Source: a virus (Duplodnaviria > Heunggongvirae > Uroviricota > Caudoviricetes). From it: a DNA stretch of 21,088 nt. Shown piece after piece: positions 17,975 through 21,088 of this stretch (position 1 is the stretch's first letter; the number at the start of each line of letters is the position of its first letter). The stretch is taken from IMG/VR virus record IMGVR_UViG_2740892231_000001. One strand, 5' to 3'. The position numbers and the translations under genes are program-made. The notes below the pieces were generated by a model that was given only the letters and a program-made list of their open reading frames with translations, ran no database searches and was not told the DNA's origin.

Positions 17975-20070
17975 GGATTATCTTCCGCACGCTCCGTCCG
18001 CAGTTTTTTCTTCCGGCGACGGCGTTTTTCTGCCCCGGCCGTCAGTTCCGGGGATACCGTTTCACCAGAACGCTCCTGCGGGAAGACGAGCCACGTTTCC
18101 CGCTGTGCCCAGTCCGGTGCGGAGGGCCAGCGGATCTTTTCATAACCATGCAGAACAGCAAGCGCATCCGCATAAACCAGCAGGTCAAACGCCTCGTTAG
18201 CGCCCCTGCCCGGTTTTCGCCATTTTCCGTCACTGCCGCGCTCTTCATAGGTCAGCTCATCGTAAAACCACCGCCCCAGCCAGTCGGGAAAGTGGATATA
18301 ATTCGGCCCTGGTGTGTCACGCCACAGGGCATTATTTACACGGTCCTTAAACGCATCCGTCTGAACCAGCCACAGCGCAACATCGCCACTGGCTCTGGCA
18401 CGGCGGGCACTTCTGCCGGTATTATCCGGGAAGGTACGGTTAATCAGCCTGTCACGGCGAAGACCATCCCCCTTGAACAGAAACACCCTGTTGCCCAGTC
18501 CGTCACTCCGGCAACGACGCCAGAAACGATAGGCGTTATCTGTCACTCCGGCTTCCCCTCCCGTATCCACCGCCATGGCCATCAGACGCATGCGCACATC
18601 CGGATCAGAAGCCAGCGGCCATGTTTTATGGAACACATCCGTCAGCAACAAATCCCAGTCCTCCGGATATGCCGCCGGATCAACCGGCAGACTTTCACCG
18701 TTGGGACTGCAGCGCAGTGAATGCCGGATGTTGTAGCGATCAACAATCCAGCGTTCCCCCTGCTCTCCGTATCCGGTGATCTGCACAACAAAACGGCGAT
18801 TTTTACCGCCCTGTACGTCAACCGTTGCCTCAATAAAACGCACACCATCCGGCACAGATCGCCGGGGAAACGGCTCGGCACGCTGTTCAAGCAGTTCACT
18901 TTTACGCTGTTCCGTGGCTGAACGGGGCAGATAGGGTCGTCCGATATCGGTGTTCACCACCGCTTTCAGGGTCTCTTCACTGCCGGTTCGCTCATACTCT
19001 TCTTCTGCCGCCAGCAGTTTAAAAATCAGTTGTTCCCAGGTCTGAAACGCCGCAGCCGGCCCCTCCATCCAAAATGACGCAATCCGGGAATTTCGTGGCG
19101 TTCCGGTGATACTGCCGTCCGCCGCCGCCCGTTCACCTTCACGAAGCCAGATCCCCTGGTTATTCAGTTCACGCTTCTGTTCCGGAGCAATCAGGCCGCG
19201 ACAGTGCGGACACATCAGGCGGGCCGCCTGCCCGGCAGCCACAAAATCAGGGTTATTCCGGTAACCGGTCATGTTATCCATCACCGGCTGAAAATATTCC
19301 CCGCAGTGCGGACACGGCCAGTACCACCGGCGGCGGTCTCCCCGGTTATACAGTGACAGGATCCCCGTTGTTGGCGGTGCCTCATGTGCGCCGCCACAGC
19401 GCCATTTGGTGTCAGTGATATCCCGCCCGGGCGAACTTTCGACCAGGGTCATCCCCGAGGACATAAAGGTGGTGGTACGCTTTGAGGCCAGGGTGAAGGC
19501 ATCCCCTTCACCGTCGACGTTCTCAGGAAAACGGTCATAATCCGTCAGCGCCACACGACGGTAATCCGAAGAGGAAAATACAGTGATCGACGGCCAGCCA
19601 ATTTTCAGGAATGAGCCGTCAAGAAACATTTTGTCGTGGACGTTGTTGTCATTACGGGAAGGGCTGAGGCGCTTACTGACCTCCGGACTGTGGCGAAACG
19701 TCCTGGAAAGACGCGTTCTGGAATGCTCACGCGCCTTTGTCTCGGTCATCTGCACCACCAGCATATCCGCCGGATCACAGATGATGCCGTACACAATCCA
19801 GCCATCAATCAGCCCTTCGGTTTTCCCGGTTCGCGCAGGTCCCACAAACACCACCGCGTCATATTCACGGGCTGATAATGTATTAATGGGGTCAATCATA
19901 TAGGGCGTCAGCGATGACTCCCACGGACCGGAAGTATTGGCTCCCCGTGGTACCCGCATATAACGCCTGATGGCTTCCGCTACTGGTAACCGGCCAGGTG
20001 GGCGAAACAGCGAGGCCACTTCGCGCCAGATATCGGATGCGCGGCTATGGCTCTCGTTCACCTGATTCAC
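17947..20070 (-). CDS. Terminase large subunit (GpA family)
   Basis: 707 aa. Walker A-like VFVGPARTGKTE. Zinc-finger-like CPHCGEYF...CPHCRG. Overlaps the small subunit stop by 4 bp (translational coupling). Confidence 0.85.
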   Translation of the reverse strand: MNQVNESHSRASDIWREVASLFRPPGRLPVAEAIRRYMRVPRGANTSGPWESSLTPYMIDPINTLSAREYDAVVFVGPARTGKTEGLIDGWIVYGIICDPADMLVVQMTETKAREHSRTRLSRTFRHSPEVSKRLSPSRNDNNVHDKMFLDGSFLKIGWPSITVFSSSDYRRVALTDYDRFPENVDGEGDAFTLASKRTTTFMSSGMTLVESSPGRDITDTKWRCGGAHEAPPTTGILSLYNRGDRRRWYWPCPHCGEYFQPVMDNMTGYRNNPDFVAAGQAARLMCPHCRGLIAPEQKRELNNQGIWLREGERAAADGSITGTPRNSRIASFWMEGPAAAFQTWEQLIFKLLAAEEEYERTGSEETLKAVVNTDIGRPYLPRSATEQRKSELLEQRAEPFPRRSVPDGVRFIEATVDVQGGKNRRFVVQITGYGEQGERWIVDRYNIRHSLRCSPNGESLPVDPAAYPEDWDLLLTDVFHKTWPLASDPDVRMRLMAMAVDTGGEAGVTDNAYRFWRRCRSDGLGNRVFLFKGDGLRRDRLINRTFPDNTGRSARRARASGDVALWLVQTDAFKDRVNNALWRDTPGPNYIHFPDWLGRWFYDELTYEERGSDGKWRKPGRGANEAFDLLVYADALAVLHGYEKIRWPSAPDWAQRETWLVFPQERSGETVSPELTAGAEKRRRRKKKLRTERAEDNPWITSGGWL

Positions 20071-20543
20071 ATATCGGCCTCATCACAACAGTCAATGACT
20101 GCCTTTTCCAGTGTGTCGCGGATCTCATCAACCACAATCTGTACTTCATTCAGTTGTGATGCGGTCCACCCCCTGTCCCTCTCCAGCCGGTCAGGCCAGG
20201 TTTCCAGTACCTGAACTATCGCTTTCACCACGACAGAAAAGGACCGCCTGACATCACTGACTGACACGAGCAGACCGGTTTCCTGCTCAAATTTCAGTCG
20301 GTCACGTTCTGACTGGTACCATGCTTTACGCGCATGAGGATCCATTTCCTCGTTATCTACAGGCAGAGGAGCTTTCATCAGCTCGGCAAGGATATCTGTC
20401 AGTCGGTACAGTTTGAGATTGCTCTCATGACCACCGGCTGGGCTTATGTTTTTTACCCGAGCCGCGACAGTCTGTCGATGAGCACCGGATAATGCAGCCA
20501 GTTGGGAAATATTCAGATGCAGATTTTTTAATTCACGATCCAT
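20067..20543 (-). CDS. Terminase small subunit (Nu1-like, N-terminal HTH)
   Basis: 158 aa directly upstream of and overlapping the large terminase. N-terminal HTH-like LNISQLAALSGAHRQTVAARV. Confidence 0.6.
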   Translation of the reverse strand: MDRELKNLHLNISQLAALSGAHRQTVAARVKNISPAGGHESNLKLYRLTDILAELMKAPLPVDNEEMDPHARKAWYQSERDRLKFEQETGLLVSVSDVRRSFSVVVKAIVQVLETWPDRLERDRGWTASQLNEVQIVVDEIRDTLEKAVIDCCDEADM

Positions 20544-20679
20544 AACTTCCCCTGAAAATTATGTAAATACACGCCAGTGATGAACAAAAAACAATCAACT
20601 TCGACACTAAAAATTTTTATTATGATATATATCAATGATTTACACTGGTGGTAATGGTGCCATAAAAATCAAAAAATGC

Positions 20680-20720
20680 GCCTTTTTCCGCGCCGCCCGC
20701 CCCGTGTTCAGGCCCATCCC
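20680..20720. other. Candidate cos region (cohesive-end site) upstream of the terminase genes
   Basis: Minus strand GGGGCGGGCGGCGCGG resembles the lambda left end GGGCGGCGACCTCGCGG (recalled), about 160 bp upstream of the small terminase start. Followed by an AT-rich, possibly bent tract at 20590-20680. Confidence 0.3.
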
Positions 20721-21088
20721 ACCAGGAGGACCCGCAAAATAATAATGATTATCATTTTTAATGTAGTCCGGTTTCTTCCACCATCGCACCGGACAGGCGA
20801 CTATGAGGGGACAACGCCGCGCTCCGTTAACGCGGTAAACCCCGGTGTGTATCGTTTTTGATTATCCCCGCACACTCGCGCAGAGGAGTCTCCCTGTCGG
20901 GCTGCGGTCTCTGTTAATGCAGGAATACAGCGACAATACCGCGCATGGATAATAAGGTCGCTCAACACACTGGCTGTAATGCAGCAGATACCATGCGGCA
21001 TTTAGCGGCATTCATCGTACACTCAACGGTTAGCTCTTCATTCGTGGCATTCACCTGAAAGGTCCGGGAGTGTAATTGCGTACATTTA

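Noticed and set aside
20676-21001. Short ORFs 20676-20861 (+) and 20801-21001 (-)
   Set aside because: No RBS, Arg/Pro-rich or Cys-rich translations, overlapping the candidate cos region. Not supported as genes.
1-21088. Integrase, transposase, tRNA, rRNA or a multi-gene defence system
   Set aside because: Nothing in the ORF track or sequence suggests any of these. The only accessory candidates are the hok-like ORF and the I-J small-RNA-like insert.

Overview
The window is almost entirely the late (morphogenesis) operon of a lambda-like siphovirus prophage, of the kind found in Escherichia/Shigella, all encoded on the minus strand. Reading right to left: a candidate cos region, small and large terminase subunits, a gpW-like protein, portal, a fused ClpP-type prohead protease/HK97-type major capsid protein, two small head-completion genes, then a lambda-type tail module (Z, U, V, G/G-T with an intact -1 frameshift site, H, M, L, K, I, J), and the N-terminus of a collagen-like side tail fibre gene running off the left edge. 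Calls for J, H, Z, U, V, G, M, L, I, K and stf rest on recalled similarity to the lambda proteins, not on a database search. Three things are not explained by the canonical lambda layout: (1) a ~490 bp non-coding insert between I and J with two tandem paralogous units, each carrying a -10-like box and a strong plus-strand intrinsic terminator, i.e. candidate antisense small RNAs; (2) a 46-codon Hok/Gef-family type I toxin-like ORF with a strong RBS sitting where lambda has lom, between J and stf; (3) six runs of exactly 10 N, each flanked by 66-185 bp near-identical direct duplications, which look like unmerged contig overlaps and make the apparent breaks in stf, J and K assembly artefacts. 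I found no CRISPR array, tRNA, rRNA or integrase/transposase, and no strong evidence of a multi-gene defence system in this window.
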